A stretch of DNA of 64,000 nt, from contig JBITNC010000001.1 in NCBI GenBank assembly GCA_050084985.1, forward strand, positions 207,328,001-207,392,000. The letters are read 5' to 3'. Under the pieces are notes generated by a model. The model was not told the DNA's origin and ran no database searches. It saw nothing but the letters and a program-made list of their open reading frames with translations. Shown piece after piece: positions 52,805 to 64,000 of this stretch; within the stretch, counting starts at the first letter, position 1; each line of letters starts with the position of its first letter. The position numbers and the translations under genes are program-made. This DNA comes from Nageia nagi. Its lineage: Eukaryota; Plantae; Pinophyta.

Positions 52805-55800
52805 TATCATGGACCACTTCCTTTTACTCTCTTTGATTTTGTTATATCCTTTAATCATTAAGTTTCTAACTCATTTTATGATTATTACAAAGCTTATTTC
52901 CATGGTCTAGCTTTGATTCAAGTTTATTGGAAGGATTGTAGAGGTAAGGTATATAAATTATATTGATTAAATTTTAAACTTGTAATCAAAATAGTAATTT
53001 TTAGGAAATAAAAACTACACAAAGCTACCTAACCTAAGGGCTAATCCTTTTAACTAATTATTATTTCCTTCCCCTCCCTTCACATTAGCTAGGAATCTAT
53101 GTTGGGTAGTATGATTATTAAAATATTCTCCTTACAAAACTAAGGTTTCCTTACTAAAATTTTAGGCAAATATTTCAAAGAATATTAGTAGTTATGTGGA
53201 AATCATTGGGTTATTTTGAATGCTAGATGTTGTTTTGTCCATCATTTGATGGCAAAGGAGGGAGCTAAATCCTAAAAGACTTCTTTCCATTAGCATTTTT
53301 GATGGTTGAATTTCTAAAATGTTCTTAGAGAAATGTTGAGGTTTAAATTCCATGTTATTTCCTAAGAAGTACTCGACCATCAATTTGGAAAGTGGAGTTG
53401 AATTTCTAGGGAAACATGATATTTTTTACACCTCTTATTCATTATCATTATATTTAGTGGATATGAAGGGTTTGGAGAGGGTACTCCATCTTGTGTGGTT
53501 CTAATATCTCTCTTTGTTATATTTTTTCTAGAAATTTAAATGGGAGCCATGGCACTTCCTCCATCCATGGCATATTTTGGGAAACCATTGATGGAATCTT
53601 TTCTATTTCAATCCACCTCAATGGAAATATTGTACCATTATTTGAGGAAGTGATCTTGATTTCAATGGAAGCAACTTTGAAGTTGGGTACTTGGGTTTTT
53701 ATAGGAATATTCACCTTACTATGTCTACTTGATCAAGGAGTGTTACCTATAAGCTAACAATTCAATTAGTTTTGGCTTAATCTACTAGTAAGGGAAGTAA
53801 AACCTTGTATTTTATGCTAGATCAAATATAGAGTATCATTTGGTATCTAGGTATTTAAAAGTTTTACTTCATTTTACATTATGAGTTAACAATAATATTA
53901 TAAGGAATATATTGCATGCATTTACTAATTATTGCATCACATTTTATAATAATGGCATAAATATTTATAGACTTTATGGTATACTAGTTTTGACATTTCT
54001 AGGTATGTAAAACATTGCATTGCATCTACCTTTGCAAATAAAAAATTTAACTTGAATGTTTAAAAACCTAAGAAAAAAATAGGAATAAAATCTTAACAAT
54101 AGAAAATAAAACCCCACCCCTTATGTTTTAAACTTGAAGTATGGAGTCTTAAGGGGTGGATCTGGGAACTTATGAACCTAGTTGAGGAGTGAGATAGAGA
54201 TTTTAAACTTTAAAACCTTTTCCTCTTTAAGAAAATTTTAATTTTGTACTATGTTTTAATTTGAGATGTTAGTATACAATACTTTGATATGAAATTTATT
54301 GCATTCCATTTATTACTTACAATGATATCTTACAAATATGTTCAAAGTTCTCTCTTATTAAGATTTTATAAAAATCTCACCACTTATATTTTTTAGTTGT
54401 GGGTGGACCTTTAGGAGCTAGAGGAAAACTAAACTAATCAAGAATATCATAATGTTTTTTTCACTAAGTTTATTGTATATATATATAACTTATTATATCA
54501 AAAATATACATGATCATTTGGATATAGGGCTAGTTTTTAGGATTACTTTTTTGAAATAGTTGTATTTTGAAACTACCCAAATAGTCAAGTTTAAATTGTA
54601 ATTGATTATGTTATTGGGAAACTTGATAGAAGTCTAGAAAAGCATGTTGTATATGTAAAAGTTAAATTAGAAATTATGGAATGTTAATATTATGATTTTA
54701 GTTCCCAATATTTAAATCATATTACTTTAGAAATTTACATAGAGTTTGAATGGTTAACTGTTGATGTGATAAAGTGTGATGATTTGGTTAATTTTTGATG
54801 CATTTGAAACTTAGAACTAATATACTAGTGGTCATAAGCTGTCAAACATAGTTCTAAGTATTGAAAGGTTTAGAAGTTAACATGTTCCTACTTTCTTAGA
54901 CTATTTTTGTTACATTAAAACTATTATGAATCTCTTTGAGCCTTTTTGTACAAAGTAAATGGTGAAATATGTTATATTGCAATTTAACGTACTTAAACAT
55001 ATTATAATGGACTAGAATTGAGTTTGTAGATTAATTTTGTATTCTCACAATATACTTACTTTCATAAGCCAAATATTCATGATCAAATCCTTATGTTGAG
55101 AAAATAAGGCTTATGCAGATATTTAGAAGATTATTTGGTATAATAAAATGTTAAGGGGGTTTAAAATGTCTTATGAATGATAAATTAGCCATATGTGAAG
55201 GATATAAACCTAATGAAAATAAATCTAAGGTTATATAGATAAGAGGAACCTTATATGATGTTATTACTTATACAAAAATGTTATCCCTTATGTGGAAATG
55301 TTATCCCTTATGCAAAAAATATAATCCTTATGTAGAAAACATGATAAATATATCGAAAAAAACCCTTTTATAACCCTATTATCAATATCAATCATAAGAA
55401 TGAGTATGTACCTTGAGTACAATAGATATAACTATTATTAGAGGATTAATTAGCTATTGAAAGTATAAATATTAGTCCATATTTGAAAATGGAGATTAAT
55501 GCCTTGAATCTACAAATTTGTTCTAGTCGTAAACTCATAGGAAATAAAAAGACTTTCAAAAACTCTTGATAAAGATTAAATGCTTGTATAGAGGAATAAT
55601 AATAAATGGAAATAAGCAATTAATATTTTAATGAAAAAATTATGGGATGTGTACTATGGTTCCTTGTAGAGGAATATTGTCGAAATCCATATATGGAATG
55701 TGATATGAAATGAGAACATAGAAGGGTCTCTTTCATAACTTATTCATTAAAAGAATGATTTACATTGTAATAATTCCATATATTAAAATGGTAATGATTC

Positions 55801-55969
55801 CATAAAAGAGTACTATGGTTGTAGCATTATCTTAAATGACAAACTACATCTTAGTCCTCACATGTTGAAAACACAATTGTATGCATAAACATGTATGTTT
55901 TATGATGTCATTATTATGTGTTATGATGGATGTAAAAACAAAATTGTACTTAAATATTAGTATGTAACA
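52805..55969 (+). repeat. 5' LTR (3165 bp)
   Basis: tatcatggaccacttcc...tatgtaaca, colinear with 60561-63730. Confidence 0.92.
55190..55345. repeat. ~21-bp tandem array inside the 5' LTR
   Basis: ccttatgtggaaatgttatc-type units. Confidence 0.7.
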
Positions 55970-56051
55970 TTTGGTATCAAATCCCATGATTTTGTAAAAT
56001 TCCTACTTGTCTGTATGAGTATGTTAATAGCTATTTTTATTGCAAAAAGGA

Positions 56052-59000
56052 ATGGTTGAGATTCAAAGGGGCAGAGGTAGGATTAAAAGCTATGGAAGAG
56101 GAAGGGGAAGAGGTATAATCAATTAACCTCAACTAAATACTTCTAATATAGAGAATTCTCAATCCAATCATATTACAATTAATAACCAATATGAGCATGT
56201 CAAATAGCATGAAAATTCTAGTAATAATAGAGTTTTAAATGATACAACTATGGAAGAAATGCAAAAGCAACTTCAGGAGAGTCAAGAATTGATTGCATAG
56301 CTCCTTAACTCTCAACCTAAAGTGAATAGGGAAATACCTGATGATCTCTTGTAGTATAAAATGACTCAATTTATGACAAAATTAACCAGAGATATGAGAT
56401 ATTTCTAATTATAAAAATTTAGTGGCAAAAATATTGAAGAATTTAAAGGGTGGCATATAGAACTAGAATACAATTTTTCCATAAAAGGATATGGGTCAAA
56501 AATAAAAATAATAGTAGCTTGCTTTCACCTATTTGAGTTAGCATCTAAATGGTGGAAAACTTACCTCAAATTATATCAAGTTGATCATTGATATAGATTG
56601 GTATAACTTTGTTAGTCTCTTCAAGGATATATACTTGACTAACCAATACTTTGTGGAGAAGAAAAATGAATTTTTTAAGTTAGAATAAAAATACCTTAAT
56701 ATGAAATCATATTACCAATAGTATATTAAGCTTCTCAAGTACATGTATACTATTGAGAAGGATGAAAAATTAAAAAAATAAAGGTTTATTATATGATTAG
56801 AGATTAGAATTGGAATAACCATCAACCTTCATGAACTTGATTCAATTTAGAAGGCTTTTAATCTTAGCAAAAGAGAGGAACTAAACTTAGATACTATGAA
56901 AGTGGTATCTGAACAATTTAGGATAGCTAGGGCTAATCAAAAAAAGAGTCAAGGATAAATGATATGGAATGAATATCAAAAAAGAAGGCAAGATAATGAT
57001 GGGAAGAAATTTGACAAGAAGGAAGAAGGTCATCCCAACCAAAAGAACAAGTCTAGTAAAAAGAAAAATCAAGAGTATGATCCTCAAAGAGATGTAAAAA
57101 GAAACAAACCATGGGGCCTAAGAATGGGTGTTATCACTATGAGGGATCACACCTTCTAGCTCAATTTCTAAATAAGGGACAAAGAGTTGGTGACAAATCC
57201 TCTTTCAAGGAAAATCATCTCATTTATTCTATCATAAATAAATAAAATATGGACAACCAAGCATCCACCATCATGTTGGAAGGTATTTTGAGTAGTAAGT
57301 TTCCATTTTGATAGATTATGTAGCTATAAAAAGCTTTGTTTCTTTTTATATTATTGAGAAATTACTTGGAAAACCTAAAGTGGTATATGAACCCTAGAAT
57401 GTATAATTTGCATCTAGTCAAATTTGTAAAGTTAGAATATTTATACCTAATGATTCAATAACCCTACAAGAATTTGAATCCAAAATTCATTTACATGTAG
57501 TCCCTCTACCTTCTTATGAAATTATTTTGGGTTTGGATTGGTTAAATCTTATTAAATCTAAGGTAAATATACCTAATGAGTCTTTGAAAGTTATCAAATT
57601 TAATGGGGAAAAAGTAATTCTATATAGAATAAATAAAAATATATGCATTCATCCCTTGTCAACCTTGCAAATTGCTAAATCTATCAAAAAAGGATGTGAA
57701 CTCTTTATTTTTTATGTTCAATAAAATGACTAAAATAATAATATAGATCCATTTCATATGTATCCAATCCTTAATGAGTTTAGGGATATTTTTCCCTATG
57801 AACTTCCTATTATGCCACAAGTAAGGGAGTTCAATTTCTCTATTGAATTGATACCTAAGGTTGAACCTATAAATAGAGTTCCTTATCATATGACTACTTT
57901 GGAAATGTATGAACTTAAAATGCAATTATAGGAACTTCTTGATAAAGGGTTAATTAAGCCTAGTGTGTTTCCTTGGGGTGCTTTAGTGCTTTTTGTTAAG
58001 AAAAAGGATGGAACCATGAGAATCTGTATTGATTATAGGATGCTAAATAAACTTACCATAAAAATATGTACCCTATTCCTAGAATATATGATTTATTTGA
58101 TCAACTTTAGGGTACATGTGTATTCTCTAAATTATATCTCATATTTGGATACCACTAACTTAGGATCAAATCTGAAGCTACTTTCAAAATAACCTTCAAA
58201 ATACATTATGGATATTATGAGTTTACTATTTTCCCATTTGGTTTTAAAAATGCTCCTACAACCTTTATGAATTTAATGAATAGTATCTTTATGAATTACC
58301 TAGATAAATTTATTTTAGTGTTCCTAGATGATATTGTAATATATTCCAAGAGTTAAGAGGAACACATTTTGCATTAGAAGCTTACCCTAGAAATTTTGAG
58401 AAGAAATTAGCTATATGAAAAAGTGTCCAAGTGTGAATTATTTGCTCTATAGGTTCATTATCTTGGGCATATCATTTCAAATAATGGATTGGTTATGGAT
58501 CCTTAGAAGATTGAGGTAGTAATGGATTGTCCTACCATAACTAATGTAGTTGAAACTCATAACTTCATGGTATTTGTTGGTTATTTTAAGAAATTTGTAA
58601 AGGATTTCTCAAAAATAGTATACCCCATAACCCAACTTCAATAAAAGGATAAAAAGTTTATTTCAAATGAGAACTGTGAATCAACCTTCTCTACTATCAA
58701 ACAAAGTTTGACTATAGCCCCAATTTTGAAATTACCAGATCCCTAAAAGGACTTTACTATGTGCACTAATGCTTGCATTAAAGGTTTTGTTGGCATGCAT
58801 ATGTAGGAGGGAACTATAGTATCTTATAAATATTGTAAACTTAAAGTTCATGAGATAAATTATCCTACACATGATCTAAAACTAGTTACAGTTATGTATG
58901 CACTCGAAATATGGTAACATTATCTTTTGGGATGACCCTTTTATATTAAAATGCATCATCATAGTTTGCAATATCCATTTACCCAACCCTTTTTGAATGC

Positions 59001-60520
59001 TAGGAAAAGGTATTTGATGGAGTTTTTGGTAAAATATGATTTACTAGTAGTTAATGCACTTAGTATTAAAATACATACCTTGATATTAATTTAAACCTAC
59101 AAATATGATCTTAGGGATAAAGTTTTACACTATAAAACTAAATATATTTTTTACATTTATTAAAATTCAAAATTTAATAATGATTTCAAGAGGTTTCTCA
59201 ATGAATAATGATGGTTTATTATACTTTGGTGACATATTAGTCATGCCTATAGAAGGAAACCTAAGGAAGAAAATCATGTATGAGTTTCACCACACTCCCT
59301 TTTCTACTCATCCTATAATTAATAAAATGAAAGAAAATAACAAGAAGAAATATTATTAACATGAGATGAAAAATGATATTATGGAGTATATGGTAAGTAT
59401 CTTGAGTGTTAGTAAGTTAATATTGAAAGGATCAAACTTATTGGTAGCTTACAACCACTTGAAATTCCATCCCAAAAATGGTATTCAATAAGCATGGATT
59501 TCATAATAGGTTTTCCAAAAATAACATTTTAATATGATTCCATTTTTGTTGTCATTGATAGACTCACAAAGGAGTATAATTTTATTCTTGGGAATGTTTT
59601 AGATGATGCCATTATTGTTGCATGAAAATTTATGAAAGACATATTTAGGTTGCATGGTTTTCCTAAGAATATAGTAACTAATTGTGATGGTAAGTTCACC
59701 TCAAAAAAAAGGCAAAATCTTCATAAAGGATTAGGAACTAAGTTAAACATTAATATAACTTATCATCCTAAGTCTAATGGTGAATTGAGTGGATTAATCA
59801 AATTTTAGAAGATATGCTTTGAATGTACTATATAAATAATCTCAACAAATGGAAATAATATTTGTATTTAATGGAGTTTGCATATAATAATGAATTCCAT
59901 AAATCTTCAAGAATGGGCCCCTTTAGAACTCTTTAGGGTGAAGATGTAGGACCCCTATTTCTTGGAGCAACTTAGATGATATAATTATCATTGGATGAAA
60001 GTTACTACTATAAATGGAAGATCAACTCAAGAGTATTTAGAGTAAACTCAAGGAAGCCTCTAATAGGAGTAAAAGTTGTATCAATATCAAGTGAACCTGA
60101 TGAGAATTCTAGGTTGGTGATAAGGTGTTTGTTAAGGTCAAGTTCATAAAAGTTTGATCAAAACTTCCAAATTAGTAGCTAGGTTTATTGGGCCATTTCC
60201 AATTTTGAATAAGGTTAATTTACTATCCTACATATTGGATCTTCTAGTAAATATATCTAAAATTATAATGTATTCCATGTATCCTTACTAAATACTTATG
60301 TTCTTGATCCAACACATGTCTAGGATGTGGACAAATTATAGATGATAGACTCTCTTTCCATTAAAGTTAAACCTATCAAAATTCTAGAATATCCTTGTAA
60401 AAGGATCAAGAATCATGAAATTGATGAATGCCTAATGCAATGGGATTTAGAACATAATTGACTTGGGAGAATGTAACAAATATGAAATTTTAGTTTCCTG
60501 ATTTACGGGTTCTAGAATAG
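56052..60520 (+). pseudogene. gag-pol polyprotein (gag, PR, RT, RH, INT, chromodomain-like tail)
   Basis: ASKWWKTY; EIILGLDWL; [29 protein letters not shown]; YGYYEFTIFPFGFKNAPTTFMNLMN...VFLDDIVIYS; NYPTHDLKLV; SISMDFIIGFPK; RLHGFPKNIVT; RFIGPFPIL; NVFHVSLL; PIKILE...ECLMQW...TWE. Confidence 0.92.
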
Positions 60521-60560
60521 TCAAACTAATGAGACTAAGTTTAATCAAAGAGGAAGAGTA

Positions 60561-63500
60561 TATCATGGACCACTTCCTTTTACTATCTTTGATTTTGTTA
60601 TCTCCTCTAATTATTAAGTTTCTAACTCATTTCCATGGTCTAGCTCTTATTTAAGTTTATTGGAAAGATTTTGAAGGTGAGTATCAAAATTTTCTTAATT
60701 AAAGTTTAAACATGCAATCAAAATAATAAGTGTTAGGAAATAAAAACTACCCTAAGCTACCTAACCTAAGGACTATTCCTACTAGCTAATTGTTATTCCC
60801 TTCCCCTCCCTTCACATTAGCTAGGACTCTATATTGGGAAAAAAAGTGATTAAATTATTCTCCAATTATACTAAGGTTTCCTTCCTAAAATTTAATCCAA
60901 ACATTCCAAAGAATATTGGCATCTACATGGAAATCATTAGGGTTATTATTTATGCTATATGGTGTGTTATCCACAATTTGATGGAAAAAGAGGGAGTTAA
61001 AACCTAAAAGACTTCTCCTCATTTGCATTTATAATAATCAACTATCTAGAATGTTCTCAAAGGAATGTTTAAGGTTTTATTACCATGTTGTTGTCTAAGA
61101 AATACTAAACCTTCATTTTGAAAAGTGGAGTTGAAATTTTAAGGAAATATGATATTTTTTACACCTCATGTTCATTATCATTTTGTTTAATGGCTATGAA
61201 GGGTTTAGAGAGGGTACTTTATCTTGTGTGGTGATAATAGCTCTTGTTGCTACATTTTTATAGACCTTTAAATGGGATCCATAGATTTTCCTTTGGCCAT
61301 TACAAGTTTTGGTCAACCATGGATGGAATATTTTCTATTTTAGTCCATGTGATGGTAGGAATGCACCACTATTTAAAGAAGTGATCTTTATTTCACTAGA
61401 AGCAACTTTTAACTTGGGTCATTAGAGTTTTGAAGTAATATTCACCCTACTATGGCTACTTGGTCAAGGAGTGTTACCTACAAGTTAGGGATTTAATTGG
61501 TTTTGGCTTAATCTAATAGTAAGTGGAGTAAAATCTTATCTTTTGTATTAGGTAAACTATAAAGTATAATTTGGCATTTGGGTATTTGAAATTTTTTACT
61601 TCTTTTTAAATTCTAAGATGAAAATAATATTATAAGGAATATTTTACATGCATTTTTTGATTATTACATCATATTTTATGATAATGGTATACATTTTTAT
61701 ATGATTTATGGTATACTACTTTTGGTATTTTTGGGTATCTAAAGCATTGCATTGCATCTACCTTTGGAAGTAAAAAATTTGACTCAAATGTTTACAACCC
61801 TAAGAAAAAAATGGAATAATATTGTGATAAGAGAAAATAAAACCCCACCCCTTGTGAGTGAAACCTAAAGAAAGGAGTCTTAAGGGGTCAATTTGGGAAC
61901 TTATGAACCTGCTTAAGGAGTGAGATAGAGAGTTTAAACTTTTAAACCCTTTCCCTTTTAAGAAAATTTTAATTATGTATTATGATGTTGATTGAGACAT
62001 TAGTATACAAAAATTTGAATTGAAATTTATTACATGATCATTTTATTACTTATAGTGACATCTTGCAAAGATGTTCAAGGTTCTCCCTTACTAAGATTTT
62101 GTAGAAATCTCATCACTTATATTTATTACTTGTAGGTGAACCTCCATGAGAAATAGGAAGACTAAACTAATCAATAATATTATATTAATATTATCACTAA
62201 GTTTATTATATATATTTAGAATTTAGAACTTATGTTAGTAATCTATATTGGCATTTTGATATAGATGGCCTAGTTTTTAGAATTACTTTGATGAAATAGT
62301 TGTATTTTGAAACTACCCAAATAGTCAAGTTTAATCTATAATTGATTATGTTATTGAGAAACTTGATAAAAGTATAGAAAATCACATTGTATATGGAAAT
62401 GTTATATCAAACATAATGGAATGTTAATATTATGACTTCATTTACCAATATTTAAATCATATTAATTTAAAAATTTACATCAAGTTTGAATGGTTAACTC
62501 TTGATGTGATAAAGTGTGATGGTTTGGTTAATTTTTGATGCACTTGAATATTAGAACTAATGGATTGGTGGTTGTAAAATATGAAAATTAGTGCTAAGTA
62601 TTTAAAGGTTTAGAAGTTAACTTGTTCCTACATTCTTGGACTATATTTGTTACATTGAAATTGTTGTGAATCTCTTTGAGCATTTCTGTATGGAGTAAAT
62701 GGTGAAATATGTTATATTGCAACTCAATCTAGTTAACCAAATTAGAATGGAATGAAATTAAGTTTATAGATTAATTTTGTATCCTCATAATTTACTTACT
62801 TTATAAGCTAAAGATTCATGATCAAATCCTTATGATGAGAAAATAAGGCTTATACAAACATTTAGAAGATAATAAGGTATAATAAAATGTTAAGGGGGTT
62901 TAAAATGTCATATGCAAGAAATGTTAGCCCTATGTGAAGGATATAAACCTAAAGCAAATAGAGCTAAGGTTATGCAGATAAGAGGATCCTTACATGAAAA
63001 TATTATTCCTTATGCAAAAATCTTATCCCTTATGTGGAAATGTTACCCCTTATGAGAAAGAAGGATCCTTATGTGAAACACATAATCATTATGTAGAAAA
63101 TATTATCATTATGTTGAAAATAAACCCTTTGATAGCCTTGTTATCAATATCAATTATAAAAATGAGTATGTACCTAGATTCCAACATATCTAACTATGAT
63201 TAGAGGATTGATTAGTTGCTAAAAGTCTAAATACTTGTCTAAATTTAAAAATGGAGATTAATACCTTTAATCTACAAATTTGGTCTAGTCATAAACTCAT
63301 AGGAAATAAAAATACTTTCAACAAATCTTGATAAATATTAAATGATTGCATAGAGAAATAATAATAAATGGGAATAATCCATTGATATTTTAATGAAAAC
63401 AATTATGGTATGTGTCTTATGTTCCTTGTAAAGGAATATTGTCTAAATTTATAGATGGATTGTGCTATGAAATGAGAATATAGAAGGGTATATTTCATAA

Positions 63501-63730
63501 CTTATTTGAAAAAATAATGAATTATATGATAATGATTCCATATATTAAAATGATAAATATTCCATAAAAGAGTAGTGTGACTACAACACTATCTTAAATA
63601 ATGAAGTACATCTTAATCCTCACATGTTGAAAACACAATTGTATACATAAACATATATGTTTTACGATATCATTATTATGTGTTATGGTGGATGTAAAAA
63701 AATATTGTACCTAAAAATTGGTATATAACA
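60561..63730 (+). repeat. 3' LTR (3170 bp)
   Basis: tatcatggaccacttcc...ggtatataaca, following the PPT. Confidence 0.92.
62925..63125. repeat. ~21-bp tandem array inside the 3' LTR
   Basis: ccttatg(t/c/a)...aa.t.ttatc units; more units than in the 5' LTR. Confidence 0.7.
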
Positions 63731-64000
63731 TATAAGTTTAGAGCATCCATAGACTAAATACTTTTGGCTATTCATAGATTATCAAGTCCATGAGCATTAT
63801 TTCATGATACTGATCAACATGGTAGGGTCTACACCTTTGCTTAAGTGGATTATTGGTTAAGTGAATTATTTGTTAGTAGAATAAGCATTTGAATATGTTT
63901 CTTAGGTATGAATATGCTTTTATGGTTATTTATTAACATGACTATGTTTGGAGAAAGTGTGTATCTTTGAAAATGGTTAAGAATGATAATTTGGGTTCTA

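Larger units (their letters stand above)
52805..63730 (+). mobile_element. Full-length decayed Ty3/gypsy chromovirus, Tekay/Del-like, with ~3.17-kb LTRs
   Basis: Paired LTRs, PBS tggtatcaaatcc (55972-55984), PPT aaagaggaagag (60547-60558), TSD tatta/tataa. Confidence 0.93.

Noticed and set aside
53192-53757. Cluster of short ORFs inside the 5' LTR
   Set aside because: Frames are not continuous and are not listed as open in the sister LTR; no recognisable motifs.
62994-63203. 69-aa ORF in the 3' LTR
   Set aside because: By-product of the in-frame 21-bp repeat; no equivalent ORF in the 5' LTR.

Overview
AT-rich, CpG-depleted plant DNA with no intact gene. The PPR motifs most resemble those I recall from Cupressaceae-type conifers (inference, not searched). 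The window is a nest of decayed transposons: (1) a Tat/Ogre-type Ty3/gypsy element (409-15670, +) with an extra archaeal-type RNase H, an antisense Plant Mobile Domain (PMD) gene and an in-frame loss of protease; (2) directly abutting it, a ~19.5-kb CACTA-like element (15675-35186; degenerate TIRs, subterminal repeats, AAT TSD) with no recognisable transposase, carrying several same-strand PLS/E/DYW PPR (RNA-editing factor) pseudogene pieces, one split by a CRM-like chromovirus (16303-22035); (3) a further PPR piece outside the CACTA, split by a gag-only Tat/Ogre-like LTR element (~36183-41721, -); (4) a hairpin-repeat element and an Athila-like relic (43-47.5 kb); (5) a full-length Tekay-like chromovirus with ~3.17-kb LTRs (52805-63730). 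The best candidate novelty is a Pack-CACTA carrying PPR-DYW cargo. All calls come from reading and translating by eye; coordinates of decayed domains are approximate.
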